A stretch of 64,000 bases of DNA. Origin: Amoebophrya sp. A120 (Eukaryota > Protista > Dinoflagellata). Where the stretch lies: the NCBI GenBank assembly GCA_905178155.1, contig CAJINV010000011.1, positions 705,982-769,981 on the forward strand, written 5' to 3'. The notes under the pieces are model-generated. The model was not told where the DNA came from. It searched no databases and saw only the letters and a program-made list of their open reading frames with translations. Positions 25,931 through 37,439 of the stretch are shown in pieces. The translations under genes and the position numbers were made by a program. Within the stretch, counting starts at the first letter, position 1; the number at the start of each line of letters is the position of its first letter.

Positions 25931-28900
25931 ATGAGGGCGGCAAGAAGAGATGAACACAGTTCATGCACAAGAAGGCCCATCTCCATTGTTCTGGTCGCGC
26001 GGCTTCTCGTCACGGCCGTCGGGGTGCAATGCGGCTTGTTTTACTACTTTGCTTGTCGACAGGCGGCGGGGAATAGTGCGCAAATTCGGCTGGACAACCT
26101 GGGGATTTCGGTTGTTTCGCTTTTTTTTCTCCCTCTCGCCGCGATCGTGGTTTGCTGCAGTTTGCGGAAGGTGGAGGCTTTCGACGTCGAGGGGAATAAA
26201 CGGATTGAAAACAGACCATCTTCTTGTTCGCCGCCAGCAGCACATCACTTGAACAACATCAACATGATCAACCTGCCTCTGGCACCAGGGATTACCTCTT
26301 TCCTCGCCGGAATTCTGCTGTGGATTCTGGCCATTTTCTGCACCGGGGGTGAGCTGCCCTTCCTGTGGCCGCGGCTACTGTTTGCCTATTTTCCCGCCGC
26401 GGTGTGGTCGGGGGTCGGAATTTTTCTACTCGTTGTACGGCTCCTTCGGACAAGAACGTGCTCCTCTAGAGCAGGTAGTACTCTTCCAGCACTGGTGCAC
26501 CAGCGGAGCTGGCAACTACAGGGCGGGGGCGAGGACCACCACGATGAGGCTTTTTACAACTTCGCAGAAGAAAGCGCGAGCTGGAAGGGAAATGAAGAGG
26601 ACCAGACGATGTTGACTACTTCGCAGGAAGGACGACCGTCTGGTGGAGAAAATAGTATTAAACTTCTACCTTCGCGGGGGGGAGATGAACGTGAACACGA
26701 CCAAGCTGGACTCTACTCCTCCTACAGCCGGTCAGCGAGCCCGCTGCTGTGTTCCGCCAGCAGCGGCACAGGTATGTATAGTGGTTCCTACTACGAGTCT
26801 GACCTGCAGCCGCACCCCCGACTGACGGAGATGTCGGAGATGAAGAGCGGCTGGTCGACGGCGTCCTCGTCGAAAGAACACGAAGTGGAAAAAGAACTAC
26901 ACGACCAACAACTCCACCCTGCTGGTGAAGAAGACCATGAAAACCATGGCCGCGCGAGCTTTGACTCGGCGCACCACGATGAGAATTTTCCCGGCGCACG
27001 AACGAATGCGTCTTCGCACCTCGGGGACCCGGACTGGGATTTTTTAGACGAGCAATTTGTGCTAGTGTCCTCCGGAAAACATATCAATTCGTCCTCGACT
27101 TCCTGTTCTCACTCTCAAGGCGCACCACCTCCAGGTTTCCACACGGGCAGATCCTCCGCCAGCCACCATAATACCTCGGACGAGGAGGAGTTTTTTTACA
27201 GCGGGAGTGGAGGTCCTCACAGCAGGAACAGCACCTCGGAAGGACGATTATTCCAGAGTTGCAATGAAGATTCTATTGTGTCTTTAACCAAAGCGAAAGA
27301 CGAAGGGTCTTCGTGTAATAAAAATCTCGCGAACAACTACCGTGCGAGGACGAGCAGCGCCCGAGGGCAGTGCCAAACCACCTGGAAGACCAGAAACAAG
27401 AACACTGCTACGAATAATACTAAAGCTGAGGCGGACAGCACCAGAGCAAGTATGATAAGTAACACGACGGTGGAAAATTATAACCCCGCCGACCACTACT
27501 TCGGTGTCGCACTATCCACCGTCCAGCATCCATCAGTAGCTCCGAGAGGAGGTGGAGGTCCGCAGCTACCGGTTCAGTTTCTACTGTTCTGCCTCGCCTT
27601 TCTCTTCGCCTACCAAACGATGCTTGCGTCGGACCAGCACTACGAAAAAATCAACGTACTGCTGACCGCTGAAATGTCGCGCATCGCGGAGATGGTGTTT
27701 TTGAATAGTACTACAAAGGGAAGAAAAACAAATACGGATCCTGTTGATGCAGCCTTAAGCGTCTTGCAAAAGTACGCGATGCTACCAAAATCAGTGTTTG
27801 TCGTGCCAGTGACGAGTTACGTGAACCTGGTGCTTGGAGTTGTGCTCCCGATCCTGCTGCTGTTTTACAACAACTTCTGGGGCGGCATGGTTTGTTTCGG
27901 GACAAGAAGACCGCACGACTCTTCTTGCTGCGGAACATCAAGCAGGAGAAGTTGTAAAACCAGCCGAGTAGTAGATGAACAAGAAGAACACCTTGACCAG
28001 AGCGGCCGACGGCACCCAAGAAGTACTATAACGGAGACGATGAGAAGTAAAACCACTAAAATAAACGACCGTGGTCGAGAAATAAAATCGGCGCAGGGAC
28101 GAGGACCACGACGAGGGAATAATCATTCAACACCGCATGGTGCACAGAAGCCCACTACTTCTCCTTCCACCTGCGGCAGAATCTGGAATTTCCTCGTCCT
28201 TTTCCTCGTACTAACCATTCTGTTTTGCAACTTTCTGCTTTGGGTCCCCTGGTTCTGCTTCGGGATCAATTCCGCGCCGGCCATCACTGCGCACACGCTG
28301 ACTCGCGTCGACCCGCACGTCGCTGCGGTTGTCCGCGGGGCGTTAGAGAGTGCAGCATTCTTGGATCCGGCGGTGGACAATTATGCTGCAGAACTTCCAG
28401 AAGGACGAGTTACAGGAACTGGCGTTGCGGATGGAGAAGAAGACGGTGATGATATAATAATGCCACTAACTGAAGATACTGATGGTGTTGAAGATCGCGA
28501 TCCCGTCGACCGTCTGACCAGCGACATCCTGCAGCATTTCTTACTGCTCCTGGACGCGATCACCGCCAACGCTGTCACCGAGCGACGAGGGGATGGGTAT
28601 CTGGATATCAAAATGAAAAATCCCCCCTCCCCATATCGAACACGAAATTTGTGATGCTGGACTTGCGTACACAAATCAGATTTGTCTTGCTAGAGAGGAC
28701 TGCAGGCCCACATCAAGCCTGAGTGCAGAGGTTTTGGTCTAGGCGCTTAGCATGAGAAACGTCTGCGCTGTAGGCCCAACAGCACGACAAACCGCCTGCA
28801 TAATACGGCGAAGCCTGTGGAATTGCCTTCTTGCAAGACAGACATGATTTGTGATCGCAAATCAGCATTGCAAATTTTCTGCGCCGTACCTTTTCGATAT

Positions 28901-31900
28901 GGGGAGGGGGGATGTTTCCTTACGATACTGGACTTGGCAAACTGGCAGGGCTGGGGATATTTGATGTACGACTTTGTATCCTGAGTAAAAACGTACCCAC
29001 ACCAGAGTCAGGATGAGGATTTTGCAACACAAACCTAGGAGTTTTGTGAGTCACGCATGACAAGTTGCACTATGCAGTGTAGTGCAGGTTAGCAAGTGCA
29101 GCCGCATCACAGATTCATCTGCTCATCCGGTTCACAGCATCACAAATTCCAAAACACGATTGGAAATGGCTCTCATGGGGATGCGCATTACAAGTCTTCC
29201 TGTCTTTGCAAATCTGCATTACAACTCTGGCGTGGGTACGTTTTTACTCAGGATACTTTGACGCTAAAAGTCACGATCTGCACTTTTTCGCCCAGCAGCC
29301 AAAGTATTCGCTGTTGGAACAATGGAGAACATCATCGTCAGAAGAGTCCTCCGCAGCGGACCCGTCTGGCCCTTCACCATCACCTCCGGACGGGGAGAAT
29401 AATTGGCTAAGGGCCGTGAAGAAGAGTCTCCGACGAGAACAAGAAAATACTGAATTCCAACAAGAAGAATCAGCAGTAGTTCTTCAACCCGGAACAACAG
29501 GAACAACATCTGCGTTCTTCTTGCCCTCCGCTGCGGACTTACAGTTGCTAGTCGCGGCTCCTCCAGGTGTTCAACAACATACAGCACCCCCTGCTGCGCC
29601 GACGCTGGCGGAGAAGATTTTGCCGTCTTTCCTGCTCTTACTCGTTACCAATCAAAGGAAGCCAGCGGATAGTACTAACTATTCGTTTCAGCAGCGACGG
29701 AAGATAAACACGGGTAGCAGTAGTGGTACGGATCAGAAGATATCGGCGGACGCAGTTGTGGCCAAATTGGTACAAAACGTCGTTGCCAGGCAGGGAGGTG
29801 GACGAGAGGATGATAGTAACACTAGTACAAGTAGTGCAGAAGCAGACTTTTCAAACGTCGCTAATACAACTACCTCCGGGAGTCGGGGATCGAATTCCAT
29901 CTGGCCGTCGCGCACGATGTCCTTCGCTTGTCCGGTAATGTCCCTACTGTCCTGCTTTCTCGCACTTGTTTTGCTTAGAGCGGAGTGTAGTTCCGAAGCT
30001 CGGAGGGATGAAGAAGAATTCTATGCAGCTGCGAAGACGGGGCGCAAAAGGAACAGGCGCGGCGCAAACACTTTTTCCACCTCGTGGTCCGCGAGGAGGC
30101 TTCGGTCTTCATCCTCCGTCTTTGACAGCGAATTTGAAGAATCAGAGGAAGACGAAGGAACAACGACGAGCGACATTGACGAGGATGACATTATCAAGAA
30201 TCGGCATTTAGGTGGTTTATCGCCGCACCGCGGAGACGAGGAGTACGCAGACGTCCGGAAAAATGACAGTCGTAAAAATTCCCACCTTTCCCTGTCTGCG
30301 ACGAAACTCCGGAGGCTCTCGCACAGCAGCGCGGGGGGGTACAAAAATCGAAGCAGTACACCTCACCTCCGCATCCCCTGTCGCAAACAGCCGTATCGTC
30401 CCTCTTTAACCAACGAGTTATCCTCTCCGCGGGCAAGGAATTTACAGAACGTCGAGAAGCGGATTCGTGGGAAACTTTTCAACAAACAGCACCATCGGGA
30501 CATGTTTGTGATCAAGAAGATATCCTGAGTAAAAACGTACCCACACCAGAGTCAGCATGAGGATTTTGCAACACAAACCTCGGAGTTTTGGGAGTCACGC
30601 ATGACAAATTGCACTCCGCAGTGTAGTGCTGGTTAGCAAGTGCAGCCGCATCACAGATTCGTCTGCTCATCCTGTTCACAGCATCACAAATCCCAAAACA
30701 CGATTGGAAATCACTCTCATGGGGATGCGCATTACAAGTCTTCCTGTCTTTGCAAATCTGCATTACAACTCTGGTGTGGCTACGTTTTTACTCAGGATAG
30801 AAGAAGGACGTGCGTCGCATCTCCGAGCTGGAGGTATTAGTCAAGGAAAACGAGCTATCCTGAGGAAAAACGTACCCACACCAGAGTTGTAATGCAGATT
30901 TGCAAAGACAGGAAGACTTGTAATGCGCATCCGCATGAGAACCATTTTCAATCGTGTTTTGGAATTTGTAATGCTGTAAACAGAATGAGCAGATGGATTT
31001 CTGATGCAGCTGGCCTTGCGAACCTGCACTACACTACGGACTGCAACTTGTGATGCGTGACTCACAAAACTCCTAGGTTTGTGTTGCAAAATCCCCATCC
31101 TGACTCTGGTGTGGGTACGTTTTTACTCAGGATACGAGCACTTGCTACCGCCCGAGGATTTGCAAAACTACGTCATCGACGAGTTTGGCTCCGCGGAATT
31201 GTGCTACCTGCGGTTGGCATTGCATATGCATTGCAAAAATGTCTGGGTCTGGGAGGATACAACTTGTGATGCTGCGTTTCGAGTCCAAAAAGACGCTGTA
31301 TTGCAAGAGCAGCAAATGAAGTTCTGTTTTTGATGCTAGGCGAAGAGGCCATTTGTCATGCGGATTAGGGATGAGGAAGCGCTCAAAACCTCTGTGATGC
31401 TAGGGCATGCATCACAGACATCATGGGTCATGCAAAACGTGCATGCCAAACAAGTGCACTCGTCCAGACCCAGACATATTTGTATTTGACATTGCAGAGC
31501 CCGGACGCAAAAGTGAGTGTCTTGTTCGAGCAGTTGAGGGTGTTGGTGTCGCATCGCAAAGAAAATCCAATCAGGTCCTGGTGCCGACTCGGCCTGAAAC
31601 AGGGGTCGCAACTCGGCCCCGTTGAGGACCTCGAGGGGAACTACGATCGCGACGACGACCCGGAGGACCCGAAAACCCTTTCTACAAGTGAGGGAATCGA
31701 TTTGCAGAAATTTTTCGACTGGGATCGCAGGACCGAGCACCTAGTGTCGACGACATTTTCTTGTTCTAGCAGTTCTGCATCTGATGGTTGTACTTCTTCG
31801 CAACAAAATCATTTTGTCCCAGCAAGCGCGGCAGACCGGGAGCAGATTACAAATATGATTGACGGAGAAAGCGCTGATCTCCGCATTTCTGACACGGAGG

Positions 31901-32879
31901 AGCCAATGCCAAATTTTCCTCCTGGTCCAGCGGTGACGTCGAGTCCTGTTGTGGTCGACGACAGAAGTGACCACGCTGCTATTAAACGGAAGAGCGACGA
32001 CCGGCTGGCCGTGCACCAGCAAGAACTACACCCTGAAAAAGCGGTGGCCACGTTGAAAATTCTGCTGCAGGACAAGTGGACCCCGACCATCGGGCTGCAG
32101 CCGTTCGTATGAAATGCAAATATGTCTGGGTCTGGAAGGTGACAACTTGTCATGGTAAATCTGAAGCATGCAAAAATCTGTGTTGCATGAGTGCCGAAAG
32201 CTGTCCACCTTTGACCAAGTTGAAAGGGAGTTCAGTTTCTCATGCAGGATAGGCATGAGAGAGATTGCGCAGAATCTGTCATGCTAGGTCCTGCATTCCA
32301 GACGATAAGTATAACTCATGGAAAATCTGCATGACAAGTTTACACTTTTCCAGACCCAGACACTTTTGCACTTGATAGCTCGTGCGCGCGGGCGTGTGGA
32401 TCGCGGACGACGGGATCCCGATCGAGGCGTGGGACACGCGGTTTCTCCGCAGCTCGGAGTGCCTGCGAAAGTTCAAGATCGACGATATTCAGGAGGCCGC
32501 CAAGCTGTGGTTCGCGTGCCGGAACGAGCAACTGCGGAAGCTGAAGGCACCCGCCCCCTACGTGATCTTCAACCTGAAGGGCCTGCGGTTCTGGGCGGTG
32601 TTGGCGCAGCAGCTGAGCCACAAAAAAATCGCCGAGATGGGGCTGCAGCTGCAGCCGTTTTGGCCGCACTCGCACCTGAAGGCGATCTTCGCGGAAACCC
32701 CGGACTGGGTGCGCACCTCCTGGACCTGGGTCGGGAAATACATCGTGCAGCCGGTGGAGGGGACCGTGGAAATGACGGATCTAACCGTGTACGAAATTTT
32801 CGACCGCCTGTGCTCGGACCCGTCGGAACGCTCCAGGTTCCGCCGGGAATTCGATGCGCACTACGGGCCCGCGGTGTAG
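25931..32879 (+). CDS. Multi-pass membrane protein with C-terminal CRAL-TRIO/Sec14-like lipid-binding domain
   Basis: ORFs 25931, 29206, 31423 and 32382 join in frame after removing six TIR elements. Hydrophobic segments in the N-terminal half. C-terminal VIFNLKGL...LQPFWPHSHLKAIFAETPDWVRTSWTWV resembles CRAL-TRIO. Confidence 0.65.
28606..28927. mobile_element. Introner family D
   Basis: TIR containing tccccctccccatatcgaa, TSD ctgga; removal gives GYLDLANW. Confidence 0.88.
28977..29255. mobile_element. Introner family B
   Basis: TIR tatcctgagtaaaaacgtacccacaccagag, TSD ctttg, 279 bp. Confidence 0.92.
30521..30799. mobile_element. Introner family B
   Basis: Same TIR, TSD gaaga, 279 bp. Confidence 0.92.
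30856..31134. mobile_element. Introner family B, opposite orientation
   Basis: Same TIR, TSD cgagc, 279 bp; reverse complement of the 30521 copy. Confidence 0.92.
31225..31491. mobile_element. Introner family A
   Basis: Family A TIR (3' end gaca), TSD ttgca. Confidence 0.88.
32108..32377. mobile_element. Introner family A
   Basis: Family A TIR, TSD gttcg/gctcg. Confidence 0.88.
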
Positions 32880-33445
32880 TTGTGAAGGGGAGAAAGTTCT
32901 TCGAACGTAGCGAAAAGGGAGGACTTTACAGGAAATAAAGCGTACAACTGCTAAAGCGACTACGACTTCTACAAGCGACCACATAAATCTGAAAACGACT
33001 ATGACTTCTGACATGAAGATAATTTTCGCTACTGATACGCACTGAGCTGCTAGTCCACGCGCGCATGCCTTATGATTGAACTCCAAAAATATCAGCGCGG
33101 CACGGTGACAGTTCCGCTGACCTTCAAAATGTTTTGAACGGCAACTGGCTCTACTTGCAGCCTGTGTTATTTGAGTAGAACAACTGCTTTGGCTCGTTGC
33201 TAACTCGCGTTCAAGCGGAAGCAGGAGGAAGTATTTGGTGTGAATAAATAACGGGTTCATGTTGCTTGTTCAAATGGGTTCATTTTCATGTTGTGCAGCT
33301 TCATCGATCTCTTAAAATTTTGTAGTGGTTTGCGTTCTTTGCTATACAAATAGAACCAGCAGTAGCAACAACCGTTGTCAACGGTCTAGCAGATTTTCAT
33401 CAAAAAAAGGCGGTTTTATTGACTTTCTGCGCGACTACTTCCAAG

Positions 33446-34575
33446 ATGTCATCCGCACGTCTCCACGGTGTTCGAAACACTTTATGTACCCGACTCCGTG
33501 GCGCGCAGCAAACGATTGGTCGTGTCTGCGAACTACAACCAGGGAATAATCTTGCTGGTGTCCACCTTAAAAAGAACCCAGCAAATAAGCCAACATCCTC
33601 GGCGACCGCATTTACGCTCCGGTCCTACAGCTCGGGCCCGGTGGGCGCGGCGTTGCAATATCTCGGTTTGTATCAAATGTAAAAATGTCTGGGTCTGGAA
33701 GAGTGCAAACTTGTGATGCGCATTTCAGAACACAGAAAAATCTCTCATGCATAGGCAACAAAAGTTCCCACTTTCTGTCACCAGAGTCAGGAATTTGTCA
33801 TGCGGATTCGGCATTGCGGAGGCTTCTCGAAACCTGTCATGCTAGAGCTTCCATGCCAGACCTTCTGTGTCATGCAGAAACAGCATGACAGTTCCAGACC
33901 CAGACATTTTTACATTTGATAGTTTGCAGTCGGCCCCGACCAAGGAATCGGAAGAAGGGGCGAAATTTTTGGAGAAAAACCGGAAACAGCCGGGGGTGGT
34001 GCGGTTGCCCAGCGGACTGCAGTACAAGGTGTTGAAGGCCGGGGCGGGGAAGGAAACGCCGTTTTGGTCCACGCCCTGTTCCTGCCACTACGAGGGACGA
34101 CTGCTCGACGGAACGAAATTCGACTCCAGCTACGACCGCGGACAGCCCACAACCTTTGCGCCGAATCAGGTAAGTTTAGAGGAGTTGTTTTTGGATATTA
34201 TGCTTGTATCGAGTATTATAGTCATTGCATAGTGATAGGCTTAGGCACACCACCAGAAGCGTCAAGAGCGTCCGTGTAAAAATGCAGTCGTTTGCACTGC
34301 AGTGCCAGTGTGAGTATGTAGCTCTTCCCACGAGGACTGCACGACGAAGCCAAGCAACGTCTCTCATGGAGAAAGCCCATATAAAATGGCAGGTAATTCG
34401 TGGTTGGACGGAGGCGATGCAATTGATGGTGGAAGGGGACGAGTGGGAATTGTACATTCCAGCGGAGCTGGCCTACGGACGGGCAGGCGCGGGCAGTGCG
34501 ATTCCGCCGGACGCCACGCTGATTTTCAAAATGCAAATCGTGAGGATCATGGGACCGGGGAAGGCGAAGGAATGA
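33446..34575 (+). CDS. FKBP-type peptidyl-prolyl cis-trans isomerase (Mip-like), possible mitochondrial presequence
   Basis: GAKFLEKN...LPSGLQYKVL...HYEGRLLDGTKFDSSYDRGQP...NQ/VIRGWTEAMQLM...LYIPAELAYG...IPPDATLIF. TIR element 33671-33921 and GT-AG intron 34170-34392. R/S-rich N-terminus ending LRSYSS. Confidence 0.92.
33671..33921. mobile_element. Introner family A
   Basis: Family A TIR, TSD gtttg, inside the FKBP gene. Confidence 0.92.
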
Positions 34576-34649
34576 AGCTAGAGGAAACGTTACGGATTGC
34601 AGTTTTTTAAAGCAGAAAGACGCGCGAACGTTTCTTACTGGGTATTTGG

Positions 34650-36419
34650 AAGTAGGAGGTGAATGTCAATGAGCCGAAGCACGACGTGCTTGGAGAGCAA
34701 CAAACTCAGCAGAAGGCACTGCTCAACTCATGTTGGTTTGTTTGTTGATGGTGTTCTCTACTCGTGTAAGTATTGCGGCATTTGTTTTCGTGAACAGCGC
34801 GGTCGCGACCGTCGTGGCTGCGTTTAGCTCCGTGACTTCATCTGTGAATGTCATTGACCCGGTTTCACTTGTGGAAGTCCGTGGCGGAGTCATGCGGCTG
34901 ACTTGTGGAGGTCCACGCCGTGCCGCGCAGTGAGCACGCGCGAGGTTGGCCCACATGCTGCGGCTGGGCCTCGTCGCGCCGTATCTGGCCGACAAAGTGG
35001 AGGGCCGGCATGAAGACCCGCAGCCGCGTGGCGCGTCAGGCGGCCACACAGCAGCGGAGCACGCAGAGAGTGAGAGCCAGCGAGGGCCTTTGGGCGGATT
35101 CAATGGGATCGGGCCCCTTGCGGGCAGTCGAGCCGAGGGCGGCGATTGTCGTCTACGATGCCGGACAGGGCCGATACCCTGACAGGCCGACACGCTGACA
35201 GGCCAGGCGGCGAAAGCCCCGCAGAGGAGCAACAAACGGCGCCGCCGTAGGGGTCAAAACTAACCCGATCTTCACGCGGTGGATAATCCGGGCGGCCTTC
35301 GTTCGTGGGTTTCGCCGCCGGCCTGCCCGCCCCGCGGCGCTTCGGTTTTTCTGTGGCGCGCGGGTGTTGGGCGGCGCTGCCCGTATGCCATGCGATGCGC
35401 CGACCCCTGGCCCAGCCGCGTGCATTGCGCGGGCCCAAAACTGGAAACGGTAGGCCCAGTGTAGTTGTTGGATGGGTAGCGCGGTGCTGTCGTGAGTGTG
35501 TCACTTCCTTCAAATAACAGAGCGAGGCGGGAAAATGGAAAACGAAAACACGGCCGGCAAAACGCGGCGCGCCTCATTGTGGCCATCTGCAACGCATCAG
35601 CGGCGGAATTGCCGGAGGGGCTGCAGCCCTGGCCGCGATGTCGCCAAGACATCTGATCTGGCGGACGCAAAACGGGCCAAGCGGGCCAAAAATTCGCGCA
35701 GTGCGCCCCCCAATAGCAGCGCCAGCAGCGCGTCTGCGTCCGTGGGGCCCTCCGGGCTTGTCACTGAGATCCTCGCGTCCCCAGTGAAGCAGCGCAAGAC
35801 CCCGGAACCGCCCCCCGTGGCTTGTGGGGCTCATGCGCCCCGCTTGTTCCGCCCTGGCGACTTCGGGGCCACGGCGCGCCGCTGCCGGGACCCCCTAGGT
35901 TCCCTTGGGGCTGCGGGTTGCGCCGCCCCCCCCCAGCGAGAGTTCTGGGCGAAGCTCAAGCCCCCGGAGCTTGCCGACGCGGCCGAGCTCGGCGAACAAC
36001 TCACCGCGTGGAGAACGTTGGGCGGCACCTGCGCAAGCTGATGAGGGAGCGCGGCGCGACAATTCGGAAATGGGCCCCCGACTGGATCCCGCGGGTGGGG
36101 TGGGCATGCCGCACGCGCTTGCCTGCCATGCCTCCGCCGTTGGCGTGCAACCAAGCACTCGCAGGCGTGGCCCTTCGGGGGGCTCCCTCCCTCGCGGCGG
36201 CCATCGGCCTGGCGCCGCCAACTGTTCTCTGCGCGCGGGCGAGACGCAGCCGGGCGCCGGCCGCGTGGTCGCGCGCCGCCCATTTCTTTGTAGATAGTGG
36301 ACGTGGCGCCCTGGCCTGGGCTGTGTGTCGCAGGTGTGTGGACGCACCAGTAGACCGGAGGCAGGAAGAGCCCGGGGCGCGCCCGCCGGTCCTCTTGGGT
36401 TGGTAGCTACCGACCCCGA
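34650..36419. other. GC-rich intergenic foreign insert
   Basis: Abrupt GC rise; flanks gtttcttactgggtattt (34630) and gtttcttaccgggccattt (36420). Confidence 0.6.
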
Positions 36420-37439
36420 GTTTCTTACCGGGCCATTTCGTTGGATTTCGTACGTACTTGAGAACGGCTTGCCGCTGTTTTTTTTCGGCGAATAGACTTG
36501 TTCCAGGGTGAGCAGACCTTTTGTGTGATAGATTTAATCTGAAGATCAGTTTTTGCTGAGCCGAGTTCCAGCAAAGGTTTTTTGTTTTACTCGCCGCTAT
36601 TGCACACTCATTTCCTTCGCGTGGTCTGTCAGTGGTGATTTTATGCATTTTTTTTTGCATCACTCAACAACATGCACATAAGATCATCAAGAGCGGACGA
36701 CCAGAAGAAAGATCAATCCATTCCTTCGCGTAGATGTTGCTCCGCACAGTAGGACCGCTTTAAGTTCGTACTTTGGTAGAAGAGTTTGCCACTTTGTACT
36801 TTTCCGTGCCGGTGATTAAGGTGATCGTCGATCTAGTCTGTTTACTGCTGGCACTTTCTTGTTCCCAAAATGTTTTGATGGAAGACAACATCCGATTTGA
36901 GGTTCATATGAAATTATTTCTCGAGAGCCAGTTCATAAAATATCAGCGAGGCCAAGTATTTATTCAAGGGTCCTGGGTTCTGTAAATGTTCAGTAGCCTT
37001 GCCTCTTCTCACTGAAGATTTTCGATCCACCTCATAATTTTTGATTCTTGCGCTTTTCATGATTTCCTCGACCAAAGTGAACTTGTCAAAACCATAGTTT
37101 CAGTACAGCTCTGTAGTGTAAGCTTGACACGCCAAAAGTATTGTTCTACGTAAATGCACTTGACGACGCAAGTTTTTGTTCCATTATTATCTTCGCGACC
37201 ACTTCAAAAAGACAATTTTTCATCTACAAACGACTGTAACTCTAAATCGATATTATCCACCCCGACGGCACGACGCGACGATCGCTTATCTGTTATTCCT
37301 ACACACTTCACGCCTTATAAATCTCTTTCTTGTAAGTACCTACAACTTTAATATCTCGTCCATGGTAAGTAGCGGTCGCGGGGTTTTTTATTTTTCCACT
37401 TGATTTACTTCTATTTTTACCAAATTATCTATCACGACG

